Part shown: positions 8,266 through 16,935 of the stretch, piece after piece
Layout of the letters: the number at the start of each line of letters is the position of its first letter
How positions within the stretch are numbered: the first letter of the stretch is position 1
DNA from: Poseidonia sp.
GTDB lineage: Archaea; Thermoplasmatota; Poseidoniia; Poseidoniales; Poseidoniaceae
Reading direction: 5' to 3'
Assembly (NCBI GenBank): GCA_016779705.1
Contig: JADHNB010000004.1
Span: forward strand, 1-44,407
Length of the DNA stretch: 44,407 nucleotides
The notes under the pieces: generated by a model
Databases searched by the model: none
Told to the model about the DNA's origin: nothing
The model's input: the letters and a program-made list of their open reading frames with translations, nothing else
Translations under genes and position numbers: made by a program

Positions 8266-9099
8266 ATGACAGAACGGCGAAGGCGCTCCATCAAGGCTCC
8301 AAGCGGACCTCGTAAGAAGGAAGGGCTCGACCCGTCCAAGTTCAGAATGAACCCCCCTCCCATGGGCCGCACCGAAGTGCCCAAGCCCAAACCGAAACCC
8401 GAGCCGAACCAACCGCAGCAAAACCGAACGGACAGACAACCGTCCTCCGGTCGGCCGCAAGGTGGACGAGGGCAGGGCCGCGGAGGACGTGGCCAAGCCG
8501 GTCGGGGCCGACCACAAGGCGGGCGCCGAGACCAGCCTCGCCGAGAGCGCCCGGAGCAACTCAAGGGCGAAAACTGGGCCCGCGTCTTTGAGCACGACAC
8601 CACCACCGGCGTGGTCACCGCCCTCACCGAGAAGGGCATGAAGTGCTGCCGCTTGCACGTCAAGAGCAAGGAGATGCTTCCGCTCAACCACCGCCTCTAC
8701 ATCGGCACGGACGCCGCCCGCCGCCAAGAGGTGAAGGCGATTTTGGGCATGGCCCATTTCGACAAGATGTCCAACATGGCTCGTCACGATTTGCCCGTGA
8801 TGATCGAGCAATTCATTGAGGAGCACGGCCAATATTTTGTGGACGAATTTTACAACAAGGCCGGCCCCATTTCGTTGAAACAACATTCCTTTGAGTTGTT
8901 GCCCGACGTCGGCCCGGTGAAGGCTCGCAACATGGTCAAGGCTCGTGAAGACGTGGGCGTGTTCGCTTCGATGGCCGAACTCAACGCCCTCGCCAAAATC
9001 AAGGGCGCTGAACTCTTGGCCATGCGTTTTGTTGAAGAAATTCAAGACGTCAACCTTCAACCTCGCCTGATCGATTTCCTGCTTCCGGTGACCGCATGA
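8266..9099 (+). CDS. DUF655 family putative RNA-binding protein with RG-rich N-terminal extension
   Basis: FYNKAGPISLKQHSFELLPDVG HhH-type motif. Conserved synteny rpo4-DUF655-rsmA. Confidence 0.85.
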   Translation: MTERRRRSIKAPSGPRKKEGLDPSKFRMNPPPMGRTEVPKPKPKPEPNQPQQNRTDRQPSSGRPQGGRGQGRGGRGQAGRGRPQGGRRDQPRRERPEQLKGENWARVFEHDTTTGVVTALTEKGMKCCRLHVKSKEMLPLNHRLYIGTDAARRQEVKAILGMAHFDKMSNMARHDLPVMIEQFIEEHGQYFVDEFYNKAGPISLKQHSFELLPDVGPVKARNMVKAREDVGVFASMAELNALAKIKGAELLAMRFVEEIQDVNLQPRLIDFLLPVTA

Positions 9100-9971
9100 A
9101 GGGCGCTCGCCGATTGGTCGATGCGTTGCGCTCCCTCCAACCGGCGAACAAGAGCCTCGGACAGCACTTTCTCATCAACGACGAGGTGCTTGAACGCACC
9201 GTGGCGTGGGCGGAGGTGGACGTGGAGGACCACGTGCTCGAGGTGGGCCCGGGTCCGGGCGTCCTGACCGAAGTGTTGTTGGCGTCAGGTTGCAAGGTCA
9301 CCGCCGTTGAACTGGACAGCGGAGCGTGTGCTCATCTGCGAACCGAATTTGCCGAAGCGTTGGCCGAAGGGCGCTTGACGCTCATCGAAGGCGACGCCCT
9401 TCACGTCGCTTGGCCCGATGACGTCACCCGCATCGTGGCGAACATTCCCTACCAGATTTCCTCACCCCTCATCGACGTCATCACCCGCCACCACCGCAAC
9501 CCCAAGACCCTCCCCCTGGAGGACATCGTCCTGCTGGTGCAGGAGGAATTCGCTGAACGGGTCGTGATGGAATACGAAAGCGACGTCGGTTCACTGGGCA
9601 TGGTGGTCGCCTTGGATTTTGACGTGGAGATGGGGGAACGTGTTCCGCCCCACGTGTTCTCGCCCATGCCTCGCGTCCACTCCAGGTTGTTGCGCATGAC
9701 CCCGCACGACGAGGATTGGCCCTGCGACCGACGCTTGCTGGTGATGATGATTCAAGCGGCCTTTGCCAGCCGACGGAAGAAAATCAAACGCACCTTGCGC
9801 AGCCCCCCCCGTCGCATCGCACGCGTCCCTGGGTGGCACGCTTCTCGCTGGATGCGCGCCTACAACGCTCTGCAAAACGACCCACGTTTGGAGCGACGGC
9901 CCGAAACGTTCGAACTTGAGGAATGGGCTGAATTGGGCGTGGATTTCGCCTCGTGCGAAGAAGAGGCGTGA
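9096..9971 (+). CDS. rsmA: 16S rRNA adenine dimethyltransferase RsmA/KsgA
   Basis: KSLGQHFL, VLEVGPGPGVLT, VANIPYQISSP, FSPMPRVHS. ATGA overlap with upstream gene. Confidence 0.95.
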   Translation: MKGARRLVDALRSLQPANKSLGQHFLINDEVLERTVAWAEVDVEDHVLEVGPGPGVLTEVLLASGCKVTAVELDSGACAHLRTEFAEALAEGRLTLIEGDALHVAWPDDVTRIVANIPYQISSPLIDVITRHHRNPKTLPLEDIVLLVQEEFAERVVMEYESDVGSLGMVVALDFDVEMGERVPPHVFSPMPRVHSRLLRMTPHDEDWPCDRRLLVMMIQAAFASRRKKIKRTLRSPPRRIARVPGWHASRWMRAYNALQNDPRLERRPETFELEEWAELGVDFASCEEEA

Positions 9972-10060
9972 ACCTTCAAATCACGTCGTTTGATTGAACG
10001 CTTTGGGGAGAGACTTTTCTTAGGAGTGTCGGCTCGCCTTAACTTGTCGGGGGGAATGGG

Positions 10061-11149
10061 ATGGCAAAGAAGGACACCTATCTTGCACTGCTCCGCCGAG
10101 GTATCGACGATACCACGGCCAACCAACTCGCCGACGCCGGCCTCAAAATCGGCGACCTCAAGAAACTCGACAAGGCCATGCTCGTGGAGAACTACGGGCT
10201 CAAGGAAGAAATCGCTCAAGGCGTGATTGAGATCATCACCGCAGGCCCGCAATCCCACGGGAAAGAGCGCTTCCTGTCCAAGGTGTTGGCGCCCGAACGC
10301 AAGCAAGAGTCTCGCATCGAGGAAATGAAGTTCCAGCGCAAGCAAAAGGACGTCCTCACGGAGCTGGCCGAACAAAAAGAGCGCCTCAAGATCGCCAAGG
10401 TCGAAGCGTTCCGAGCCCAGAAGCTCATCATGAACCGGCTGGGCAAGACCGTTGAACTCATCGTCAAACTCGAAAACAGCCTGAACGACGAGGGGAAGGA
10501 CGACCAGAAGGTCAAGATCCGTGACCAACTCGAGACGCGCGGCCTTGAAGCCGCTCGCGATCACGAGATGTTGGAACTGGAAGGCACGCCCCAAGACATC
10601 GTCGACTTCCGTCGGCAGCACGTCCCCGCACTCATCTTCCACGCCTGCCCCGAGTGCGGCGATGAATTGGACCCCCGTCAATCCCGTGACCCGGACCAAC
10701 CCGAGGCGTGGGCCTTCATCTGTTGGGAATGCGAAACGAGTTTTACCCCGGCGTTGACCGAACGGGTGGAATCCCTCCTTGAGGGGAGTGGACGCATCAG
10801 CATCGACCCGGACAAGGCGCCTCGCAACCCCGTGCCACCCAAGCCCGCTTCGATGGACTACTCCTCGGTCAGCGACCTTATTCGGAAGGATTTGGAGCAG
10901 ACCGGTGCCAACGCCGACGAAATGACCCGTGCGGTCGAGGAGAGCGTCGTTGCCGGCGGCTTGATGGACATCAACGACTGGATTGACCAAACGCTCGCCG
11001 CCAAGGATTACATCCAGGCCCAAGAAGACCGTGAAGACTTCATTCTGCGCACCGGTGCCGGGGCAACCAAGTTCAACAAGTGGATGAAGAAAGCCGGTCT
11101 CTACTTCAACAAGCAAACCGGTCGATGGACGCGAGAAAAGGGACGATGA
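10061..11149 (+). CDS. Hypothetical protein: N-terminal helix-hairpin-helix-like domain, coiled coil, Zn ribbon
   Basis: RGIDDTTANQLADAG HhH-like segment, K/E-rich helix, CPEC...CWEC. Confidence 0.75.
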   Translation: MAKKDTYLALLRRGIDDTTANQLADAGLKIGDLKKLDKAMLVENYGLKEEIAQGVIEIITAGPQSHGKERFLSKVLAPERKQESRIEEMKFQRKQKDVLTELAEQKERLKIAKVEAFRAQKLIMNRLGKTVELIVKLENSLNDEGKDDQKVKIRDQLETRGLEAARDHEMLELEGTPQDIVDFRRQHVPALIFHACPECGDELDPRQSRDPDQPEAWAFICWECETSFTPALTERVESLLEGSGRISIDPDKAPRNPVPPKPASMDYSSVSDLIRKDLEQTGANADEMTRAVEESVVAGGLMDINDWIDQTLAAKDYIQAQEDREDFILRTGAGATKFNKWMKKAGLYFNKQTGRWTREKGR

Positions 11150-11158
11150 GGGCTGCTC

Positions 11159-11506
11159 ATGTCCGCAAGTCCGGCCGGCCTCACCCTTGACGAGAAGCCC
11201 CCGACGCGTACCCCACCTTCGCCGGTCATCCGTTTTCTCAAAGGACCTCACCTGCTCGGCCAAATCGCCGTCAATCCGGGTCAAACCATCGTTGAACACG
11301 CCGAAGCCTGCGGCATCACCTTGCCCACGAACTGCACGTCAGGCACCTGCGGCACCTGCATGGTGAGCCTCATTCTGGGCGAAGTCCCCTTGCCCGAGGA
11401 ATTGCCTCCGGGGCTCGACGATTTTCTGGTGGAGGAAGGCGCTCGTTTGGGTTGCATCGGCAAGCCGCGGGGGGACGTTGACATCGACATTCGCCCACCG
11501 ATCTGA
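11159..11506 (+). CDS. 2Fe-2S ferredoxin
   Basis: CTSGTCGTC...RLGC, the Cx4Cx2C..C pattern. Confidence 0.9.
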   Translation: MSASPAGLTLDEKPPTRTPPSPVIRFLKGPHLLGQIAVNPGQTIVEHAEACGITLPTNCTSGTCGTCMVSLILGEVPLPEELPPGLDDFLVEEGARLGCIGKPRGDVDIDIRPPI

Positions 11507-11515
11507 GGTGTTGCC

Positions 11516-11707
11516 GTGGTGGGGTCGTGGACGGTTTCCGATTGGCTCATTCTCGTCATTGATGTGGTGGCCATCGCCGTCGTGGTCGTCTTTTTGAAAC
11601 GGAAAATCCAACAAAAATTGAAGGAAGTGGAAGCCCGTCAAGCCCACGAACGCGTGATGCGGAAGCAAGCCGCCAGAGCCAATGAAAACGGCCCCCCTAC
11701 GGAGTGA
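11516..11707 (+). CDS. Small single-TM protein
   Basis: One hydrophobic helix followed by a basic coiled tail. GAGGTG SD upstream. Fills the operon gap with GTGA overlap into corA. Confidence 0.65.
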   Translation: MVGSWTVSDWLILVIDVVAIAVVVVFLKRKIQQKLKEVEARQAHERVMRKQAARANENGPPTE

Positions 11708-12741
11708 AACCATTAGAAGAAGAACGCCCAGCGCCGGCCATGGCCGAGTTCCGTTTGTACAGCACGGCCCAAGGTCGAATGGACACCACCGACCTCTCGC
11801 TCACGCAGGCGCTGGAAGCGGTCCAAGACCAAGGCTTGGCGTGGTTGGACATCGCCGAGGCCAGCGGCGAGGTCAAAACCTTCCTCGCCGAGACCGTGGC
11901 CGTTGACGAACTGGTCGTGGAGGACATTTTCGGCGAAGCCGCCACCGCCTCGTTGCGTTTTGAGGACCATCGCTTCTTTGCGGTTCGGGCCCGCAACAAC
12001 CAGGCACGACTGGACACCGAATTTGTTCACGCCATCGTGAAGGGCGACCTGCTCATCACCGTCCGCCACCACCCCATTCCGTCCTTCACCACGTTCGGAC
12101 GACGGTTCCTTCAAAGCGATGAGGAAGATTTGGCGCTCGGTGTTGATTACTTGTTGTATGAACTTCTTGACGCCATCGCTGACGATTGGACCCCCATCCT
12201 GGGTCGTTTTTCGGGCACCTTGGACGACCTCGAGTACCAGGTCTTTGACCCGACCAAAAAGTACGACAACCTCCTGGAGAGCCTGCACGGTCTGAAAGGT
12301 GACCTTCGTGAAGCCAACAAATCCATTGAATCCCTCAACACCATCACCATGCGCTCGCTCCAACCCGGTGAACGCTTGATCGGCACGAACGTCAAGCGCT
12401 ATTTCACCGACCTTCACCAACTCACCACCGCCATGGTCAAGCGCGTGTCCAACTACTCGTCGGGTGCCGCCTCCACCCGTGATTCCTACCTGAGCAACAT
12501 GAGCATGCAGTTGTCCGAGTCCAACGCCAAACTCACCGAGGTCATGACGACCCTCACCATGGTTGGCGCCATCATGCTCCCGTTGACCCTCATCGCTGGC
12601 ATCTTTGGCATGAACAACGACGACCTGCCCCAAGAGATGTTTGGTGGGTTTTGGGGCATCATGGGGTTCATGGGACTCTTCGCCGTGATCATGATGGCGT
12701 ACTTCTGGCGCAAAGGTTGGCTCAACCCGCCTCGATTGTGA
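11704..12741 (+). CDS. corA: CorA family Mg2+/Co2+ transporter
   Basis: LPLTLIAGIFGMN signature and two C-terminal TMs. Confidence 0.93.
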   Translation: MKPLEEERPAPAMAEFRLYSTAQGRMDTTDLSLTQALEAVQDQGLAWLDIAEASGEVKTFLAETVAVDELVVEDIFGEAATASLRFEDHRFFAVRARNNQARLDTEFVHAIVKGDLLITVRHHPIPSFTTFGRRFLQSDEEDLALGVDYLLYELLDAIADDWTPILGRFSGTLDDLEYQVFDPTKKYDNLLESLHGLKGDLREANKSIESLNTITMRSLQPGERLIGTNVKRYFTDLHQLTTAMVKRVSNYSSGAASTRDSYLSNMSMQLSESNAKLTEVMTTLTMVGAIMLPLTLIAGIFGMNNDDLPQEMFGGFWGIMGFMGLFAVIMMAYFWRKGWLNPPRL

Positions 12742-12796
12742 CGGCGAAACCGTCTTGCCCGATGCTTCAAGAACCCTTGACGGCCGTTGGGTGAAC

Positions 12797-14059
12797 ATGT
12801 CAGCGGGTCACGAAACGACGACCGGCCCGTTGCCCATCGGTCAATTCGCCCGTTTGGTTCAGCAAACGGTGAAGAGCGACCCGTTGTTTCAACACCAAGC
12901 CCTTCAGGGCGAGGTCTCGTCGTGGAACGTTCACAACGGCAACGTCTACTTCACGCTCCGGGACGATGAGGGGCAAATGGACTGCGTGATTTGGCGCAAC
13001 GCCCGGCTCTCGGTTGACCCTCGCATCGCCGTTGGCAGCGAAGTTGTCATCATTGGCAGCGTTGACCTTTGGCCCAAGAGAGGACGGTTGCAAATCGTCG
13101 TCGCCCGCATCCAACCGGTGCAAACGCTTGGCGCCATGGAGGAAGCCAAGCGGCAACTCATCGAGACGCTGCGGGCGGAAGGGGCGCTTGACCTCCCTTC
13201 GCGCCCCTTGCCGAAATTACCCAAGCACGTGGCCATCGTGACCGGGGCGGATTCGGCCGCTCTCTCGGACATGAAACGGTTGATGGCCGACCGCTGGCCG
13301 GAGATGCGAACCACCGTCATCGAAGTGCTCGTTCAGGGCGAGCACGCTGCGCAGCAGATCGTTCGCGGGTTGGCCGTGACGCGACAGCTCGCCCAACCCG
13401 ACATCGCCCAACGCCTCGGCCTGCCGCCGGTGGACGTGGTCATCGTGGGCCGAGGCGGGGGCTCGCCCGAAGACCTCTGGGCGTTCAACCTCGAACCGGT
13501 GGCCCGGGCCATCCTTGCCAGCACCGTCCCGGTCATTTCAGCCGTCGGCCACGAACAAGACCACCTCGTCTCGGACTTGGTGGCCGACGTTCGCGCCTCC
13601 ACGCCCTCGAACGCCATTGAACGGTTGGTGCCGGTGCGCCACGAGGTGGAGCAATGGTTTGACGAACTCGATGGACGCCTTTCCGCCGCCGTCAAACGTC
13701 GGTTGACCGAATGGCGTCAGCACCTCTCGCTGCTCACCAACCGCCTCAAGCACGCCCCGTCAAAGGGGTTGTTCCGTGCCAAAGAAGACCTTGGGCGGCT
13801 GAATCATCGCCTCCACCGAAGCCTTGAGTCGCGCATGGCGCAGGAACATCAGCGGCTGGCTCGCCTCCAAGCCACGCTGACCGCCGCCCACCCCAAACGG
13901 GTGTTGGAACGCGGCTACACCATGGCCCAGGACCACGAAGGACGCGTGGTGGCCAACATCGCTGGGCTCAGCGAAGGGCAAACCATCAGCCTTCAGTTCG
14001 CTGACGGGAGCGCTCACGCCGACATTCACACCATTGAACCAAAGGAGGACCCCGCATGA
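12797..14059 (+). CDS. xseA: Exodeoxyribonuclease VII large subunit
   Basis: N-terminal OB fold (GEVS...YFTLRD), GRGGGSPEDLWAFN, SAVGHEQD, ASTPS, VLERGY. Confidence 0.95.
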   Translation: MSAGHETTTGPLPIGQFARLVQQTVKSDPLFQHQALQGEVSSWNVHNGNVYFTLRDDEGQMDCVIWRNARLSVDPRIAVGSEVVIIGSVDLWPKRGRLQIVVARIQPVQTLGAMEEAKRQLIETLRAEGALDLPSRPLPKLPKHVAIVTGADSAALSDMKRLMADRWPEMRTTVIEVLVQGEHAAQQIVRGLAVTRQLAQPDIAQRLGLPPVDVVIVGRGGGSPEDLWAFNLEPVARAILASTVPVISAVGHEQDHLVSDLVADVRASTPSNAIERLVPVRHEVEQWFDELDGRLSAAVKRRLTEWRQHLSLLTNRLKHAPSKGLFRAKEDLGRLNHRLHRSLESRMAQEHQRLARLQATLTAAHPKRVLERGYTMAQDHEGRVVANIAGLSEGQTISLQFADGSAHADIHTIEPKEDPA

Positions 14060-14274
14060 CCGAAGAAATGACCTACGATGAAGCCCTACGACGACTGGAA
14101 GAACTGGTGAGCCAACTGGAGCGAGGTGGAAAAAACCTCGACGAAACGTTGGCCATGTTTGAAGAGGGCACGGCCCTGCTCAAGCGTTGTCAAAGCGAAC
14201 TGAGCGAAGTGGAAGGGCGACTGGCCGAATTGAACTTGGACGAAGCCGAAGCCTTGGTGAACGACGACCAATGA
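14056..14274 (+). CDS. xseB: Exodeoxyribonuclease VII small subunit
   Basis: TYDEALRRLEELVSQLE.G...LDETLAMFEEG..L.K.C. ATGA overlap with xseA. Confidence 0.93.
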   Translation: MTEEMTYDEALRRLEELVSQLERGGKNLDETLAMFEEGTALLKRCQSELSEVEGRLAELNLDEAEALVNDDQ

Positions 14275-14283
14275 GGGTTGACC

Positions 14284-14583
14284 ATGGGCGGCCGCAAGCA
14301 TGTTGCGCTTCAACGACGCGTCGCCCGATTGCTCGCCTCGTGGAAGGACCCCCACGATGTTCGCCCGTACCCCGAACTCAACATCGTTCAGCGCGTGGAC
14401 ATCGCCGAAGACGGTGAGGTCAACCTCACCGTTCGACCTCCTCGCCCTCACTGCCCGTGCTGCTTGCTGGATCTTGACGAGTTGCGAAAGCGGATCGGGG
14501 AAATCAAAGGCGTGACCTTCGTCCACCTTGAGGTGGTCGACATTCCCGCTGCTCCAAGGTGGACCCGCGCCATCAACCGTTGA
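14284..14583 (+). CDS. DUF59 / MIP18-SufT-like Fe-S cluster assembly protein
   Basis: DP....YPELNIV and VNLTVRPPRPHCP match the DPE..G/TxxxCP pattern. Confidence 0.7.
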   Translation: MGGRKHVALQRRVARLLASWKDPHDVRPYPELNIVQRVDIAEDGEVNLTVRPPRPHCPCCLLDLDELRKRIGEIKGVTFVHLEVVDIPAAPRWTRAINR

Positions 14584-14652
14584 GCCGTTTCACCCCCTGA
14601 TGTGAGGCAACCGGTGCCCGGGCGCACCCTGGAACGACCCATGGGCGCCCGC

Positions 14653-15495
14653 TCATGCCACCGGCTGGACACGGGCGTGCACCGCCCGAAGCACGGCAAA
14701 GGCCGGCAACGACCAGCCAACCACCGCTACCAACCAAGCGATGAGGGAACCGAGCAGGACGCCAAAGGCGGGCAGCGACCACATGGCGACGTTGGCGTAG
14801 ACCGCCACGCTGGCGCCGCCCAACATCATCGGACCCGCTGCACCACGGGGGACGGTGGGGCCTTGGGCCAACCACAACGCCACCATGCTCGTGAGGAAAA
14901 TCGCTGGGAACACGCTGGCCAGTCCAGCGAGCAAGGGCTCGCCCAGGCCCGACAACCAAACGGCGACCCCGATGGCCAGCGCCGCCATCACCCCGCGTGC
15001 GAGCAGCACCTGTTTGGAAACCGATTTGCTCCCCTTGGGGGCGGGTTGGGGGCGAGCGTTGAACAACGCCACGACCACGAAGAGAAGGGCGAAGCCGGCC
15101 ACGGCAAGACGTCGTTCGGAGAGGTGAGCGTTGAGCACGTTCTCCACCGTCCAGAGCATCGTCAAACCCATCGCCACCCACAGCCCAAGCGCTGAGACGG
15201 TGGTGAACAGGAGCGGGTGAGACGATGTTTCGAACCAACGCGGCAGCACGAGCCAGGCGCCCAAAAACAAGGCGTTGAGCAACATCCCCAGCGGAACCAC
15301 CGACATGCTCGAGACAAGCGCTTCCTCGCCTCCCGCCAGGTACATGCCGATGCCGGCGGGAACAATGGTGGACGGGGCCGTGCCGAGCAGCCCGCCGATG
15401 AGGCCGCCCCACTTTTCGATGGCCACCGTCACCGCCGTGGCCACCACGCCGGCGAGGACCGCCGAGATCAGAATTGAGGTCAGCGCCAACCTCAA
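14653..15495 (-). CDS. Multi-pass membrane protein (DUF3147-like, internally duplicated)
   Basis: Very hydrophobic. The halves share GGLLGTAP and AGLASVFP motifs. Confidence 0.65.
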   Translation of the reverse strand: MRLALTSILISAVLAGVVATAVTVAIEKWGGLIGGLLGTAPSTIVPAGIGMYLAGGEEALVSSMSVVPLGMLLNALFLGAWLVLPRWFETSSHPLLFTTVSALGLWVAMGLTMLWTVENVLNAHLSERRLAVAGFALLFVVVALFNARPQPAPKGSKSVSKQVLLARGVMAALAIGVAVWLSGLGEPLLAGLASVFPAIFLTSMVALWLAQGPTVPRGAAGPMMLGGASVAVYANVAMWSLPAFGVLLGSLIAWLVAVVGWSLPAFAVLRAVHARVQPVA

Positions 15496-15824
15496 CCCTC
15501 CAACGCTTCCAACCGCTGCTCGAGCCGTTCCAGACGTTCTCCCGTCCAGTGCTCAACCGGTTCCCCGTTCACATAGAGCACGTTGAACGGAATGAAGTCG
15601 ATGTGCTCGGTCCAGGCATTCGCCGCTTTGAAGGCCGTGCCTTCTGGCGTGGTCAGGTCCAGCGTGTGGATGTCGAGCGGGCGAGGGGGTTGCCAGGCGG
15701 ACAAGGCGGCGTACCACGCCACGCAATCATCGCACGAAGGACGCCCGAGGACGAGAAGAGCCGGGCGTTCGGTGCCCAACGACCGTTCGATGTCGTCAAG
15801 CGGCGTCAGCAGCATGAGGCTCAC
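15492..15824 (-). CDS. Thioredoxin-fold protein
   Basis: RPSCDDC (CxxC) and FIPFNVLYVNGEPV cis-Pro/beta-hairpin pattern. Confidence 0.8.
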   Translation of the reverse strand: MSLMLLTPLDDIERSLGTERPALLVLGRPSCDDCVAWYAALSAWQPPRPLDIHTLDLTTPEGTAFKAANAWTEHIDFIPFNVLYVNGEPVEHWTGERLERLEQRLEALEG

Positions 15825-16619
15825 CTAAGCGTAGGATTGGCTGTTGATGACGTCTTGGAGCTCGATGACCTTGGCGTCACGACCTTTGGCATGGTCCGCT
15901 GCTCGGTTGAGGCGAGAACGCATCCAACCCAGCGTCATCATGCCTTTCATGGCGTTGATGGACTCGATGAAATGCATCGGGTTGCTGCCCAATTGGGCAT
16001 GGCTGCGGATGTCTTCCTCAAGGTCTTCCAGCACTTCGGCATAGAGGTCGAGCAACTCGTCCAACGCTTCCCGCGTGACGCCCATGCCGGCGATGCTTTT
16101 GGCCATGGACAACAAGGCCGTGGGAGTCAACAACCCTCCCGCCTGACTCGCCACAAATTCCTCGGCAGCGCTGGCCTCACCACCGTCTTGGCCTGCCTCA
16201 TCGTCCTCGGTGGGTTGGGTGTTGAGCACGGCTCGGTCCAGGTGGCGGGGTTTGATGGTGGCGACACGGTCGCGTTCGGCGGCTTCGGCGGCGTGACGAA
16301 GCAACTGGGCCAAATGCTGTTCGAGATGGTCAATGCCCGCTTGAACGGCGGCGGAGCCGACGGATTCCACGTGTGCGATGCGGTCGATCATCAATTCACG
16401 GGTCCGGTTGTAGTTCAACCGACTGCGCTGCGGGTCGTCAAGGGTCTTGCGTTCAGGGTCTTGGGACAGCGTTTGGGATTCCATCTGAGGCACCAATCGG
16501 TCAAGTTCCTCGCACAACAAGGTCACCAGCCGCTCCTTCACGTCACCGGAAAGACGCATGGTGGTGTAGTGGGCGGCCACCGCTGCGATGTGACTGGCGG
16601 AATAGGGCTTGGCGACCAT
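15825..16619 (-). CDS. Tandem histone-fold protein (at least two, probably three folds)
   Basis: L1/L2 motifs: RLSGDV...RKTLD, SVGSAA...AERDRVATIKPRHL, GVTREA...AKGRDAKVIELQDV. Confidence 0.75.
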   Translation of the reverse strand: MVAKPYSASHIAAVAAHYTTMRLSGDVKERLVTLLCEELDRLVPQMESQTLSQDPERKTLDDPQRSRLNYNRTRELMIDRIAHVESVGSAAVQAGIDHLEQHLAQLLRHAAEAAERDRVATIKPRHLDRAVLNTQPTEDDEAGQDGGEASAAEEFVASQAGGLLTPTALLSMAKSIAGMGVTREALDELLDLYAEVLEDLEEDIRSHAQLGSNPMHFIESINAMKGMMTLGWMRSRLNRAADHAKGRDAKVIELQDVINSQSYA

Positions 16620-16671
16620 GCGCCCCGTTGACCTCCTGCCGCCCTTGAATGATGTGGTGGGCAGACATGGC

Positions 16672-16935
16672 TCACTCGGTCAGGCCGTCGTCCCGACCCA
16701 AGACTTGGTTGAACTCCCAAGCATGGAGGCATTCGTGTCCGCCCAAAAAGCCGCCCGCTTCACGGGATGGCCCAATAAATTCGGCGCCGCACATGGAGCA
16801 GAACACGTTCACGATGAGTTCGTTGAAGTAGGTCCCGTTGGGGGTCTCCCGCTTTGGAATGCGTTTGCCCACGTCCTCGTGGGTCCACCCCGAAGTCTTC
16901 TCGCACACGTCTTCGCCTTGAACATCCTGTGTCAT
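16672..16935 (-). CDS. Small putative zinc-binding protein (CxxC...HxxxH)
   Basis: VFCSMCGAEF...GHECLH. Its ATG overlaps the TGA of the upstream peptidase (ATGA). Confidence 0.65.
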   Translation of the reverse strand: MTQDVQGEDVCEKTSGWTHEDVGKRIPKRETPNGTYFNELIVNVFCSMCGAEFIGPSREAGGFLGGHECLHAWEFNQVLGRDDGLTE

